Below are positions 25,689 through 36,362 of a DNA stretch of 64,000 nucleotides, one piece after another. Under the pieces are notes generated by a model that was not told the origin of the DNA, made no database searches, and was given only the letters and a program-made list of their open reading frames with translations. The stretch covers positions 959 to 64,958 of the forward strand of contig JAGLOF010000016.1 of the NCBI GenBank assembly GCA_023139105.1. Reading direction: 5' to 3'. Numbering within the stretch: the stretch's first letter is position 1; every line of letters begins with the position of its first letter. The translations under genes and the position numbers were made by a program. Origin of the DNA: a bacterium. Lineage in GTDB: Bacteria; Zhuqueibacterota; QNDG01; JAGLOF01.

Positions 25689-28043
25689 TTAAAAACTTCT
25701 ACCAAAGACAAAATGAGGTTTCCATTTAGCAGTTTTCAAACCTGCCTCATCAATATTATCAAAACCATATGCATAATCAAAACCTAACATGCCTACCATT
25801 GGCATAAATATACGTGCACCTATACCCACAGAACGTCTTAAGTTAAACGGGTCCATGGCTCCGACATCAAACCAGGTATTACCTGCTTCGGCAAAAATAA
25901 TTCCAAAAGCTACAGGATTATTGATTAAGGGGAAGCGCAGTTCAAACGTTGTCTTAAGCATGGCACGTCCACCCTCACTGCGATACTGGCCTCCTGCCAG
26001 AGGATCATCATAACCACGCAAAGGAATAGAACGGGACATACCGCTTCCGCCCATAAAATAATAATCAGTATATTGAATATGACTATCCTCTGAAAGCAGT
26101 TCCATAAAACCCATACTTGCGCGTGCCAGAAATACTATACGGGGTGAAAGCGCAGGCAGGAAAAACTCTGCATTAAACTCATGTTTATGATAGCCTACAT
26201 TGCCACCCAGAGGGCCTCCGGCTAAAGTAGCCGTATAGCTTACTTTTGATCCGCGTGTAGGAAATTCAGGGTTATCCAGACTATTACGGCTGAATATCTG
26301 AGTTATACTGCTGGTAGTCAAAGGCCAATCTTCATTTACAATATTATTCGGATTATATTGAATAATATATTCGGCAAAATCTGAAAGTTCTGTCTCATCG
26401 TAACGATAGATCAAGTCTGATCTGAAATAATTATCAGGCCATGAGAGGCGGCGGCCGGAACGGATAGAGAATCCACGGCTTCTCTGAGAGTAACCGATAT
26501 AATAAGCATCACGTTTTATGTCATGGACAGAAAAACCCAGCAGTGTCGGAGTGTTCATGAACCATGGCTCATTAAAACTAAGGCTGAATGAGCGGTAGTA
26601 TCGGCCAAAATTCCAGTCCAGACTCAACGCCTGACCATTTCCAAAAAGATTATTCATACCCAGACCGATACTGCCAATTAACTTATCCAGTTCGCTCCAA
26701 CCAATGGACAAGTTTGCGGTCTGTGTTGATTTTTCATCTACCTGAAAAGAAAGATCCATCTTTGCCTGATCACCAACAGGAACGGCGTTAGGCACAACAT
26801 TGGAAAAGAAGTTAAGCATCATTAAATCCCGTGCGCTTCGCATCAGTAACTCTTTACTGAAGACATCACCGGGATGAATACGGAGCTGACGCCGTATGAC
26901 TCTTTCTTTTGTAGATGTATTACCGGATATATGTATTTTCCTGATAGTTACGGGATTAGCCTCTTCAATCAGGAATGTCACATCCAGAGTATCAGCCCCG
27001 CGGAGCTTCTCAACAGGATTTATCTGTGCATAGATATATCCGCGATCCCAATAAGCACCCTGAATTTTTTCATAAATGGATTCGGTGAATTTTTTCTCAC
27101 TAAATTGATCACCTTCTTTAAATGTAACCAGTGTTGCCAATTCAGTCTCATCAAGCAAGGCATTACCTTCCCATTCCAGCTTGCCGAAATAGTACTTTAC
27201 ACCTTCACTAACCCACAGATCGATAAACATGTCTGTTCTAGCGTCATCATAATAAAGAGAATCTCTGAGTACGGCAGCATCACGATAACCCTCATTATGG
27301 TAAAATTCTAAAATCTTCTCTTTATCAGCAACGAACTTTTCCTTATCAAAGTTACCACCGCGCCACCATCTGTCTTCCTTGGTTTTCTTTAATTGCTTGC
27401 GCAATTTTCCATCGGAAAAATTCTGATTGCCAAAGAATCGAATGCGCTTAATCTGAACTTTGCTGCCTTCATTGATCTTTATCTTTAATATTACACGACC
27501 CTGGGTATCGGAATCAATTACCTCAGGTTCTACCTCAGCCAATGTATAACCTTTTTCAGCGTACATTTCAATTATGCTACGCCTGGCCTTGGCAACATCG
27601 CTCATATTCAATACCTGTCCGCGATAAAAACCAATATCTTCTTCCAGTTCCCTGGTCTTGATCTTATCATTTCCCTCAATGACTACTTTTTCCAGTTTCG
27701 GGTATTCTTTCACATGGATTGTCAGGTAGACACCATCACCGACTTGCCGGTCCAGTGTAACCCGGACATCGGAAAAAACACCAAGTGCCCAAACCTGACG
27801 GATAGCTTTCTGCATATCATCCCATGTAATCGTCTTTCCTTCACGCAGGCCGGAACTCAACCTCACAACGCTGGCCGCAGCGTTTTTATTTCCGGATACA
27901 GACACACCCAATACTTTGGCAGGCAGGACATTTTGTGCATGCAGAGAAGAGACTGTAAGCAAAAGTCCAATAAAAATTCGTATGAAATTAATGTAATACC
28001 GCTTCAAAAAACAAGACCTCCAATAAAAATTATCTTTTAACAT
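25689..28043 (-). CDS. bamA: outer membrane protein assembly factor BamA
   Basis: POTRA repeats and a C-terminal barrel ending ..FVFGRSF. It sits upstream of skp-skp-lpxD. Confidence 0.9.
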   Translation of the reverse strand: MLKDNFYWRSCFLKRYYINFIRIFIGLLLTVSSLHAQNVLPAKVLGVSVSGNKNAAASVVRLSSGLREGKTITWDDMQKAIRQVWALGVFSDVRVTLDRQVGDGVYLTIHVKEYPKLEKVVIEGNDKIKTRELEEDIGFYRGQVLNMSDVAKARRSIIEMYAEKGYTLAEVEPEVIDSDTQGRVILKIKINEGSKVQIKRIRFFGNQNFSDGKLRKQLKKTKEDRWWRGGNFDKEKFVADKEKILEFYHNEGYRDAAVLRDSLYYDDARTDMFIDLWVSEGVKYYFGKLEWEGNALLDETELATLVTFKEGDQFSEKKFTESIYEKIQGAYWDRGYIYAQINPVEKLRGADTLDVTFLIEEANPVTIRKIHISGNTSTKERVIRRQLRIHPGDVFSKELLMRSARDLMMLNFFSNVVPNAVPVGDQAKMDLSFQVDEKSTQTANLSIGWSELDKLIGSIGLGMNNLFGNGQALSLDWNFGRYYRSFSLSFNEPWFMNTPTLLGFSVHDIKRDAYYIGYSQRSRGFSIRSGRRLSWPDNYFRSDLIYRYDETELSDFAEYIIQYNPNNIVNEDWPLTTSSITQIFSRNSLDNPEFPTRGSKVSYTATLAGGPLGGNVGYHKHEFNAEFFLPALSPRIVFLARASMGFMELLSEDSHIQYTDYYFMGGSGMSRSIPLRGYDDPLAGGQYRSEGGRAMLKTTFELRFPLINNPVAFGIIFAEAGNTWFDVGAMDPFNLRRSVGIGARIFMPMVGMLGFDYAYGFDNIDEAGLKTAKWKPHFVFGRSF

Positions 28044-28078
28044 ACAAAAATTTAGTTTTCTTGTAAAGCAAAAACAAT

Positions 28079-31000
28079 TTAAAACGGGAAAACATGTCTC
28101 AACCAGATACGTTTATCCTCTCTCCGTTCAGATAATAGTTGAGTATCGTACATATATTCCATCTCTAAAAACAAATCCGGCTTGATTGTATATTCCAAAA
28201 TCAAAGCATGACGCATTCCAATTCTACCCTCAATAGGATAGTGATATCTGTAACCATCATGAATCTGTCCCGAATAAGAGATGAAGAAACCGGGAGAAAA
28301 GTATTTGCCCAATGTTAACTTTGTACTCCGCAACAACGCCCAGGGATCCCATTCTCTTTGAGAAAGTCTGTTTAATTGAAAAATATTTCGACTGAACATA
28401 GAAGAAACATGTACGACATCGAGACCAAGATGTCTTCTTAAACCTTTCTCAATAGGACGAAAAATAGGCCGAAAGACTCTATTTTCCACCTGCATGCCAA
28501 GGGCCTTATATGCCCTTTCACGAAAATGTGCAGTTGAATAACCAAGAGAAGCCATTAGATCTGCCTCTGTGCGGCCCATATTAGGATTATCCGTAGAAAA
28601 ACGAAAACGCACTTTCTCCCAGGGCCCGCCGGACTTCTCAATTCCCGTCTCATCGTCCACAGATGTAATATTCAGCCATACGGTTGAAGGTACTCCCAGG
28701 GAATCGATAATCGTTGTAAAAGCCCTTCCGGAGATAAAGGGGCTATCAGCTCCTCTGGGAAATTCAAATACAATTCGCTCCGGCCTGAAAAGATGGTCAA
28801 GAATTTCTATGGTGCCCCCTGTAGATACCAGATGGCCATAAACCGACAGATCTCCATCATCGATGATACCATTTAAACTCAGGCTGCCCAGACGCTCTCT
28901 CAATTGGAGATCGACATATACATTGCCTACCGGATTATTAATACGCTTGAAATAACGAACATCTTTCATTGGGACTATAGACACATCAAGGTCAAGCTCT
29001 TTGAGAAAATCTACATTCGCGCCTTTTCCATCTCCGCCAAGGCTCAGAAAAGGATATGTCAACCTCTGTCCGGAGACTTCAAATTTTCCGTGAACCAGCG
29101 GATTAGATGATGGGCCCGTCAACATGAAATCAACATCCTCGGTCTTGCCACAGAAAGAGAACCAGCCTCTCTCATCTTTCTCCATAAGACCGGGTATATG
29201 AAGACGTATTCCTCTGTCATCAGTAATAAAATGAATTCTGCCCAGTCCGATATTCAAATTCGGGATTGTCAATGGTGGTGCAGCAACATCCATCTCATTA
29301 AAGACTTGCAGGCGCCCACCGCCAATATCAGCTTCAAATTGTTCTATATGTAAAAAACGCCTCTCCTGCTCCAGCTTCCCACGCCCGGCGATGTTTTTGA
29401 TCCGGCGTGCAACATCTGCAAGCTCCAATGCACCATCGTTAAAAGAAAAACGCGTACTGCCCAGCGTCCAACCCTCACGTATCTTACCCCACCTCATCAT
29501 CAACTCACCATTACTCTTCGCAGATTTTACAAATGAAGTAACATCTGTAAGCAGTCCCAGCACATTACCGCGAGCCAGCACGGAAATATCAGACTGATCA
29601 AGACCTCCATGGGCTACCTGTCCCCAGAAAAGTATCTCCAGATCATCATCACGTTCTATCAGGCCACGTTTTATTGAGAGTAATCCCGAAGGAAAAGCAT
29701 GCTCCTTTGAAGTAGTATCAGCAAGCTCCATCACCAGACGCTTGAATCCAAAAGGCCCTACTGCACCATTCTCAAGTGAAAGTTCCCCATTAATTACCGG
29801 AGTGTCTATGGCACCGCCAACATTGAGACGCACACTGCCACGTCCCTTTAAAACATTCTTTTTTCCTGTCAATGCGTAGACAAGGTCTCCCCAGTCAACG
29901 CGTTCACCAACAATGGTACCTGAAAGACTGTCCGATTTCTGCCGCGTTACCAAACCTGAAAACAAACGCTCATCATTTCGACGTAATTCAAAATCAAATT
30001 TTTTAAAAGTACCATTCTCTCGCAGGAACCCGGCTTCTCCCTCATATAAGTTTTCTGAATAAAAACTTCCATTTCCAAGTTTTAAATCAACACGTATTCT
30101 TGGATTGTCTATGTCTCCCGACCATGTAATACCACCATCCAGATCGCCGGAATACGGAAGTAATTCTGAAAAAGCTCCATGCAGATCACTGAGTTTAAAA
30201 TCATTTAAAGCAAGTGTTCCCAGCTGCGGAACCCTGGTACTCAAGGGAAGCTCACCTTTAAATTTAATAAAATCTTCTATACCTGCTTTATGGATAACAA
30301 TACGCCCATCTTTATTCACTGCATTAATATGCCAATGGACAGGTTGATTATCGTCTCCATAGTAGCGACCACTTAGATTAAAGGGGCGCAAAGAATCCTC
30401 ATAAGAATTCAACGAAAAGTCAACAACAGTCCTTAGCCCCATCTCTCCGGGTCTATCACCTTGCCCCTCAACTCTCCAATTTTCCGGTATACCGGAAAAA
30501 CTTCCTGCCATTCTAACATTTTCAAGATACGTGGCAACGCCTTCACCTGTGAGCGGAAGTAGCAACCGCTCAATACCCTGTGCAGAGACCTGCCATGCAA
30601 GCTCTTCAGAGTAGAGGTTGATTATTTCTCCATGTGCCTCAAACGGCCCGTTTGAATGAACGGTTAAATGAGCCGAACGATCTTGATAGTTTAAACGCGG
30701 AAATATTTTTAAACTGTCACCGGAAGTAAAATGCGGTACAACACATCCGTCTCCAATGCCGTGCATATGTTTAATCGGCCCTTTTAGGGCAATACCCCAA
30801 TCGAGGCGACAATAAGGAATAAGCTCACTGACCGCAGACGGAAAGAGCCTTGATGCATCTCCATTGAGCCTGACCTCTACATTTGTATAAAGCGAGTCCG
30901 AATGCAGGTCTATCGCACCATCCATAATCAGACTGATACTGCCAATTTGTTTTCCGGCGCCGGAAAATGACAGCTGACCGCCGGACAAATCAACATGAGA

Positions 31001-32143
31001 TTTAAAACTATCCATCGGGATTGAATAAATAGAAAGCCCCTGCCCTGAAAGCGATGCACTTACTTGAGGAGAGGTAATAGGACCGACTACAGAGACCCGA
31101 ACATTGGCATTACCATAAATGCGGGGAGCACCCTCGTTCATGAGTACAGAGAAAAATGGTTGAAGGTGGAATTCCGGTATAGAAATCTCTGCATCAATAA
31201 TCGGATCAAGAATAGAGCTAATCCGGCCCTCCAGAGTCACCCGTGAATTATTAAACCTGTCAACAGTTGCAGAAACAGCCAGGCCTCCATCTATGATACG
31301 GGCATCCATCTGAATGGATTCAAATACCAAATTTGCCTGGGCCAGTCTGAAATCAGCATCACGCAATCTGATGAATCCACCTGCACCAACACTTTTTTCA
31401 TAGGTAATTTCACCATCAAGACGACCGCTGCTCACCTGGATATAATCGGGCAGAATAAAGGGGAGTTGCTCTGCCGGTTCTGAATCCAAAACCTCTGCAT
31501 TACACCATATCATGCGACCGGCAAGCAGATTCACTCTTCCGTCAATCTTGACATTTTCATCAGGTGAATTAAAAATATGACCATCCAGCCTGATCTGAGC
31601 AGAATCCGGCGGCGCAGCATGCATCCAGCCGTTTAAGTCATGGCCAAGACGTGTTCTCCTGCCGGTCGAATCTTCGACGATAATTCTGGCGTCAACCAAG
31701 GTAATTCGCCGCACACCCAACACTTCTGCGGCAATTGATTGAAGATCAACAACTGCTGTTGATGTATCTGATACACTTGAGGTTGTTTTATATGGTCTGA
31801 TTATCAAAGAGGGCCGTATAATAATGGCATCATGGGGAATACGGTGAGGGACAAAACCATAACGTATTAAATTGAACAGACTATAACCAAGACAGATTTC
31901 ATCTATCTCTAGACGGAAAGAATTATCCTTGGGCACTACCGTAACATCCCTGAAATGAATGCTGGACAACCTGACATCCATATTAACGATCTGTGTCTCT
32001 TCAGAGAGATAGGGACGCACTCCATCCAGAATGAGCGTTTTTATACGCTCATTGGCTGCTGTCAACCGCCAGCTGACATAACCTGCGGCTACAAAAGCGA
32101 CTAATGAACCTGCCAGGATAAGAATCCATTTACGAGTACGCAT
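28079..32143 (-). CDS. tamB: TamB/AsmA-like translocation and assembly module protein
   Basis: 1354 aa with an N-terminal anchor WILILAGSLVAFVAAGYVSW. It is beta-rich with a C-terminal DUF490-like end (..RIWLRHVFPF), adjacent to bamA. Confidence 0.65.
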   Translation of the reverse strand: MRTRKWILILAGSLVAFVAAGYVSWRLTAANERIKTLILDGVRPYLSEETQIVNMDVRLSSIHFRDVTVVPKDNSFRLEIDEICLGYSLFNLIRYGFVPHRIPHDAIIIRPSLIIRPYKTTSSVSDTSTAVVDLQSIAAEVLGVRRITLVDARIIVEDSTGRRTRLGHDLNGWMHAAPPDSAQIRLDGHIFNSPDENVKIDGRVNLLAGRMIWCNAEVLDSEPAEQLPFILPDYIQVSSGRLDGEITYEKSVGAGGFIRLRDADFRLAQANLVFESIQMDARIIDGGLAVSATVDRFNNSRVTLEGRISSILDPIIDAEISIPEFHLQPFFSVLMNEGAPRIYGNANVRVSVVGPITSPQVSASLSGQGLSIYSIPMDSFKSHVDLSGGQLSFSGAGKQIGSISLIMDGAIDLHSDSLYTNVEVRLNGDASRLFPSAVSELIPYCRLDWGIALKGPIKHMHGIGDGCVVPHFTSGDSLKIFPRLNYQDRSAHLTVHSNGPFEAHGEIINLYSEELAWQVSAQGIERLLLPLTGEGVATYLENVRMAGSFSGIPENWRVEGQGDRPGEMGLRTVVDFSLNSYEDSLRPFNLSGRYYGDDNQPVHWHINAVNKDGRIVIHKAGIEDFIKFKGELPLSTRVPQLGTLALNDFKLSDLHGAFSELLPYSGDLDGGITWSGDIDNPRIRVDLKLGNGSFYSENLYEGEAGFLRENGTFKKFDFELRRNDERLFSGLVTRQKSDSLSGTIVGERVDWGDLVYALTGKKNVLKGRGSVRLNVGGAIDTPVINGELSLENGAVGPFGFKRLVMELADTTSKEHAFPSGLLSIKRGLIERDDDLEILFWGQVAHGGLDQSDISVLARGNVLGLLTDVTSFVKSAKSNGELMMRWGKIREGWTLGSTRFSFNDGALELADVARRIKNIAGRGKLEQERRFLHIEQFEADIGGGRLQVFNEMDVAAPPLTIPNLNIGLGRIHFITDDRGIRLHIPGLMEKDERGWFSFCGKTEDVDFMLTGPSSNPLVHGKFEVSGQRLTYPFLSLGGDGKGANVDFLKELDLDVSIVPMKDVRYFKRINNPVGNVYVDLQLRERLGSLSLNGIIDDGDLSVYGHLVSTGGTIEILDHLFRPERIVFEFPRGADSPFISGRAFTTIIDSLGVPSTVWLNITSVDDETGIEKSGGPWEKVRFRFSTDNPNMGRTEADLMASLGYSTAHFRERAYKALGMQVENRVFRPIFRPIEKGLRRHLGLDVVHVSSMFSRNIFQLNRLSQREWDPWALLRSTKLTLGKYFSPGFFISYSGQIHDGYRYHYPIEGRIGMRHALILEYTIKPDLFLEMEYMYDTQLLSERREDKRIWLRHVFPF

Positions 32144-32419
32144 TTTTATATATGAGATTACGGTCTTTAATAGATTTACCGTCTATCTCATTTAACTCCT
32201 GCTGTAATTCATATTATTGAAAACTATACTAACTTAACCTGCGGTTTGCAAAGTGAAATGCATTAAGGAGAGACAAACTGTTATCATCCCCAAATACTTC
32301 AATCGGGGATCTGTAAAATTAAATACTCTGGCTTATATTATAGTCCCCGAAAACATCTACTATGTTCTTGTATAGTATTAGACGTTCGGAACAACTTGTA
32401 GTTCCCTCAAACAGCCTAT

Positions 32420-33184
32420 TTACCGTCCTTGAGTGACTTGATCACCCACAAGCCCAAATCGTCGCTCTCTATCTTGAAAAGCATTAATTGCTTTTAACAG
32501 ATCAGCCTTTTTAAAATCAGGCCAGAAGACAGGGGTAGCATATAGTTCGGTATATGCCAATTGCCACAGAAGAAAATTTGATAATCTTAATTCACCGCTG
32601 GTACGAATAAGCAGATCGGGATCCGGCAGGCCGGCAGTATAAAGTGCATCTGAAAAAACATCTTCATTAATATCATCCAAAGACAGACTGCCGTCTTTAA
32701 CCTTCCCGGCTATGCTGCGTACTGCATGAATCATCTCTTGACGGCTTCCATAATTTAAAGCCAGGTTCAAAGATAGTCCGGTATTGGCCGATGTCTTGAC
32801 AACACCGTCTCTCATGGCCTTGGCTGCATCAGGGGGCAGTCTGTCCAAATCGCCTAAAATACGCAGCCTGACATTATTCTTCATGAGATCATTTATCTCT
32901 TTCCGCAAAGTCATGAGTAATAACTTCATTAAAGCAGAGACCTCGTCAGCAGGCCGCCGCCAATTTTCCGTTGAAAATGTGTAGAGAGTGAGGGCGTCAA
33001 TATTCATTTCACCACAGAGTTCAACAATTCGCCTGACAGCTTTTACCCCTTCTCTATGACCGGCAACACGTGGTAGGCCTCTGCTCTTGGCCCAGCGCCC
33101 ATTACCATCCATAATTATTGCAATATGTCGAGGCAAATTTTCCGGCTCAAACTTCGGAGAATCTACGGTATTTTTTGATGTCAC
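32420..33184 (-). CDS. uppS: isoprenyl transferase (undecaprenyl-diphosphate synthase)
   Basis: HIAIIMDGNGRWA, FSTENW.RP and RTSGE.RLSNFLLWQ motifs. Confidence 0.95.
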   Translation of the reverse strand: MTSKNTVDSPKFEPENLPRHIAIIMDGNGRWAKSRGLPRVAGHREGVKAVRRIVELCGEMNIDALTLYTFSTENWRRPADEVSALMKLLLMTLRKEINDLMKNNVRLRILGDLDRLPPDAAKAMRDGVVKTSANTGLSLNLALNYGSRQEMIHAVRSIAGKVKDGSLSLDDINEDVFSDALYTAGLPDPDLLIRTSGELRLSNFLLWQLAYTELYATPVFWPDFKKADLLKAINAFQDRERRFGLVGDQVTQGR

Positions 33185-33261
33185 CTTCTGCTCCCAATCC
33201 TATGAAAAACAAAATATAAAGTACAATTAACCTTCAAAAAAGTCAAGAACTTGTTTAGCTA

Positions 33262-33290
33262 TTGACAAGTCTGTTAAAGTTGCGTATTTT
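33262..33290 (+). promoter_or_regulatory. candidate sigma70-type promoter for moxR
   Basis: TTGACA (33262-33267), a 17-nt spacer, then TATTTT (33285-33290). Confidence 0.3.
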
Positions 33291-33327
33291 CAAATTCTAT
33301 TTCATGCTAATTAAGCTGTGGTATTCT

Positions 33328-34326
33328 ATGTCTGATAATCCATCTAAATCTTCTGATGCCCATCTGCTCCAATCACTCTGTGATGCCAGGGAAACTCTGT
33401 CATCACAGATCGCTAAAAAGATAATCGGGCAACAAAAAATAATTGACAATCTACTCATTGCCCTGTTTGCAAGAGGGCACTGTCTGCTTATCGGAGTTCC
33501 CGGCCTTGCAAAAACACTATTGATCTCCACACTTGCTCAAGCTCTGGATATGAAATTTAACAGAATTCAATTTACGCCTGACCTGATGCCCTCTGATATC
33601 ACAGGAACAGAAATACTGGAAGAAGACAGGTCAACGGGACAAAAATATTTTCGTTTTATCAAAGGTCCTGTTTTTTCACAGATACTCTTGGCAGATGAGA
33701 TCAACAGAACGCCTCCGAAAACGCAGGCCGCCCTCCTTCAGGCAATGCAGGAGTATCAGGTTAGTGCTGCTGGAGAGACTCATATTCTGGACAAACCCTT
33801 TTTTGTGCTGGCAACACAAAATCCAATAGAACAAGAAGGAACATACCCGCTACCCGAGGCACAATTAGATCGCTTCTTCTTTAGCCTTTGGATTGACTAT
33901 CCCCAAAGAGACGAAGAAGTACAAATTGTCAGCTCCACGACAAAAGAAGAGACTGCGGCAGTCAAGGCTGTACTTAACGGAGAGACTATAGTGCGGCTTC
34001 AGGAGCTGGTGAGAAGAATTCCTGTGGCTCAACCTGTTGTGGAATATGCCGTTGATCTGGTCAGAAAAACACGCCCCCATGAACATAACACTCCAGCATT
34101 CATTCGTAAAGGTATTCGATGGGGTGCAGGGCCCAGAGCGGCTCAATCTCTCATTTTGGCCGCAAAAAGCCGTGCAGCACTAAACGGAAGAGGCACACCT
34201 GATATAGATGATGTACGTGAAGCGGCAATTCCTGTTCTTCGCCATAGACTTGTACTTACATTCAGCGCAGAGGCCGATGGCATGAGTGCTGTAGACATGG
34301 TCAATAATCTGCTCAGCACCACATAA
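33328..34326 (+). CDS. moxR: MoxR-family AAA+ ATPase
   Basis: GVPGLAKT Walker A, FNRIQFTPDLMPSDITG and LLADEINR motifs. The ATG at 33328 is preferred over the TTG at 33262. Confidence 0.9.
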   Translation: MSDNPSKSSDAHLLQSLCDARETLSSQIAKKIIGQQKIIDNLLIALFARGHCLLIGVPGLAKTLLISTLAQALDMKFNRIQFTPDLMPSDITGTEILEEDRSTGQKYFRFIKGPVFSQILLADEINRTPPKTQAALLQAMQEYQVSAAGETHILDKPFFVLATQNPIEQEGTYPLPEAQLDRFFFSLWIDYPQRDEEVQIVSSTTKEETAAVKAVLNGETIVRLQELVRRIPVAQPVVEYAVDLVRKTRPHEHNTPAFIRKGIRWGAGPRAAQSLILAAKSRAALNGRGTPDIDDVREAAIPVLRHRLVLTFSAEADGMSAVDMVNNLLSTT

Positions 34327-34344
34327 TTTTGAAAGGATTTACAA

Positions 34345-34800
34345 ATGGGCTTTTGGAAAAATTTTACCGCTGATCTGACCGCTCCGGCTCAAGACAGTTC
34401 TGTTCCGGTTAAAATTGATAAAAAACTGGCTGCATGTGTGCTGCTTTTGGAGATGGCATATGCAGATGATGACTTTGGCAGCGAAGAGGAGACGGCTCTC
34501 ATACAAATATTAATGAATGATTTCAATCTCAGTCAGGAGGAGGCGGATGCACTTCACCGTGACAGTATAAAAGCACGCAAAGATGCTCTTGATTTATACT
34601 CCTTCACCGAAGCTCTCAATAAGCAGATGAGCAAGGCTGATAGAATTGGCATTGTTGAAAGGCTGTGGGAAATTGTATATGCAGACGGTCGTCTTGACGG
34701 CCATGAAGACCATTTGATACACAGACTGGCAGAACTGCTCCACCTTGAACACAGCCATTTGATAAACGCAAAACTTAAAGTGAAGCAGATGCATCAATAG
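34345..34800 (+). CDS. TerB-family (tellurite-resistance-like) protein
   Basis: ..LLLEMAYADDDFGSEEE.. and RLWEIVYADGRLDGHEDHLIHRLAELL are TerB-type repeats. Confidence 0.7.
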   Translation: MGFWKNFTADLTAPAQDSSVPVKIDKKLAACVLLLEMAYADDDFGSEEETALIQILMNDFNLSQEEADALHRDSIKARKDALDLYSFTEALNKQMSKADRIGIVERLWEIVYADGRLDGHEDHLIHRLAELLHLEHSHLINAKLKVKQMHQ

Positions 34801-34811
34801 CAGCTATTCTT

Positions 34812-36245
34812 ATGGAGAATGTAATGCATAGAAAGACAAAAATTGTCTGTACTATCGGCCCGGCTACACGTTCGACCCGGCAGATCGAAGCACTGATAAA
34901 AGCAGGAATGAATGTTGCACGTCTGAATTTTTCTCATGAAGATCATGAGGCGCACGGCAAGGCCATCACCATAATACGCCAAAAAGCAAAAGAACTTGGC
35001 AAATCTGTAGCAATATTACAAGATCTTGCAGGCCCAAAAATACGAACAGGTAAGCTACTCAACGGACCAATCCTGCTTAAGGCCGGTGCATCTTTCATAC
35101 TTACCAGCCGCCAGGTTGATGGAGACATAAATGAAGTTGGCTTGACTTACAAGGGTCTTCCGGGAGATGTTAATCGTGGCGACACACTACTTCTGGCCGA
35201 TGGCGCAATTGAGCTGGAAATTTCAGATATTAAAGATACTGACATTCACTGCAAGGTCATTGTTGGCGGTTCCATGGGTTCAAACAAGGGAATTAACTTG
35301 CCGGACTCTACTATAGCCGCACCTATTCTCAGCAGCAAGGACAAGGCAGACCTGGCCTACGGACTTTCGCAGGATGTCGACTATATTGCACTCTCTTTTG
35401 TCAGAAACGCGGCAGATGTTATTTCCGTGCGAAAAATTTTAGATGAAGCTGATTCTGATACCCGTCTGATTGCTAAAATAGAAAAGCACGAGGCATTAAA
35501 CAGCATTGACGAGATACTGCCCCACGTTGATGCCATAATGGTTGCACGGGGTGACCTGGGCGTAGAAATCCCCATAGAACAGATACCTCGCAGTCAAAAA
35601 TATTTAATTGCCAAGGCTAATGCAGCCGGCAAACCCGTAATTACAGCGACACAAATGCTCATGTCCATGGTATCCAGCCCCAGACCTACACGGGCCGAAG
35701 TTACAGATGTTGCAAATGCTATTTTAGACGGTGCCGATGCAGTAATGCTCTCAGAGGAATCTGCTGTAGGTAAATACCCCATATTAGCGGTAGAAATGCT
35801 GAACAAGATAGCTCGCCAGACAGAGGCAACTTTCCCATTTACAAAATTCAGAGAGAGATACGACAAGACCGAACTTCTCACTCATCAGGAAGCAGTAGCA
35901 TCGTCTGCCTGCCGGTTGGCCGAGGCAATAGGTGCATCGGCAATTGCTACCTCAACCATGTCAGGCAGCACAACATGCATGGTTGCCAAATATAGACCTA
36001 AAGCCCCAATTCTTGCCTTAACACCAAATAGCCGCACCTTCCAACGCCTGGCATTGGTATGGGGAGCGGTTCCACTCTTGATGAAAACAGTTAATAACGA
36101 TGAAGACCTGGAAGCGCAATGCCTGGATCTGGCTGTAAAAGGTCGCTATATAAAACCTGGCCAGAACATAGTAATCACAGCCGGCATGCCGCTTAATGTT
36201 ACAGGTACAACAAATCTGATTAAAATTGTCACTGCCAAAAAATAA
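34812..36245 (+). CDS. pyk: pyruvate kinase
   Basis: KIVCTIGPA, NFSHE and MVARGDLGVEIP motifs. Confidence 0.95.
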   Translation: MENVMHRKTKIVCTIGPATRSTRQIEALIKAGMNVARLNFSHEDHEAHGKAITIIRQKAKELGKSVAILQDLAGPKIRTGKLLNGPILLKAGASFILTSRQVDGDINEVGLTYKGLPGDVNRGDTLLLADGAIELEISDIKDTDIHCKVIVGGSMGSNKGINLPDSTIAAPILSSKDKADLAYGLSQDVDYIALSFVRNAADVISVRKILDEADSDTRLIAKIEKHEALNSIDEILPHVDAIMVARGDLGVEIPIEQIPRSQKYLIAKANAAGKPVITATQMLMSMVSSPRPTRAEVTDVANAILDGADAVMLSEESAVGKYPILAVEMLNKIARQTEATFPFTKFRERYDKTELLTHQEAVASSACRLAEAIGASAIATSTMSGSTTCMVAKYRPKAPILALTPNSRTFQRLALVWGAVPLLMKTVNNDEDLEAQCLDLAVKGRYIKPGQNIVITAGMPLNVTGTTNLIKIVTAKK

Positions 36246-36263
36246 AAACCATAAGAGCTTAGA

Positions 36264-36320
36264 ATTTGTAATTTGTTATTTGTTATTTGTTATTTGTTAT
36301 TTGTTATTTGTGCTTTGTGC
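36264..36320. repeat. 7-bp tandem array A5 (ATTTGTT, 8 units)
   Basis: G recurs every 7 nt from 36268 to 36317. The array is 18 nt after the pyk stop and 43 nt before the M28 ATG. Confidence 0.95.
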
Positions 36321-36362
36321 ATATTATTTATAATTTTTATACTCGTAAGTGAGGCATATAAA

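Noticed and set aside
33185-33327. Replication origin at the strand switch
   Set aside because: No TTATCCACA-like box cluster, AT-rich unwinding repeats or dnaA/dnaN neighbourhood are visible.
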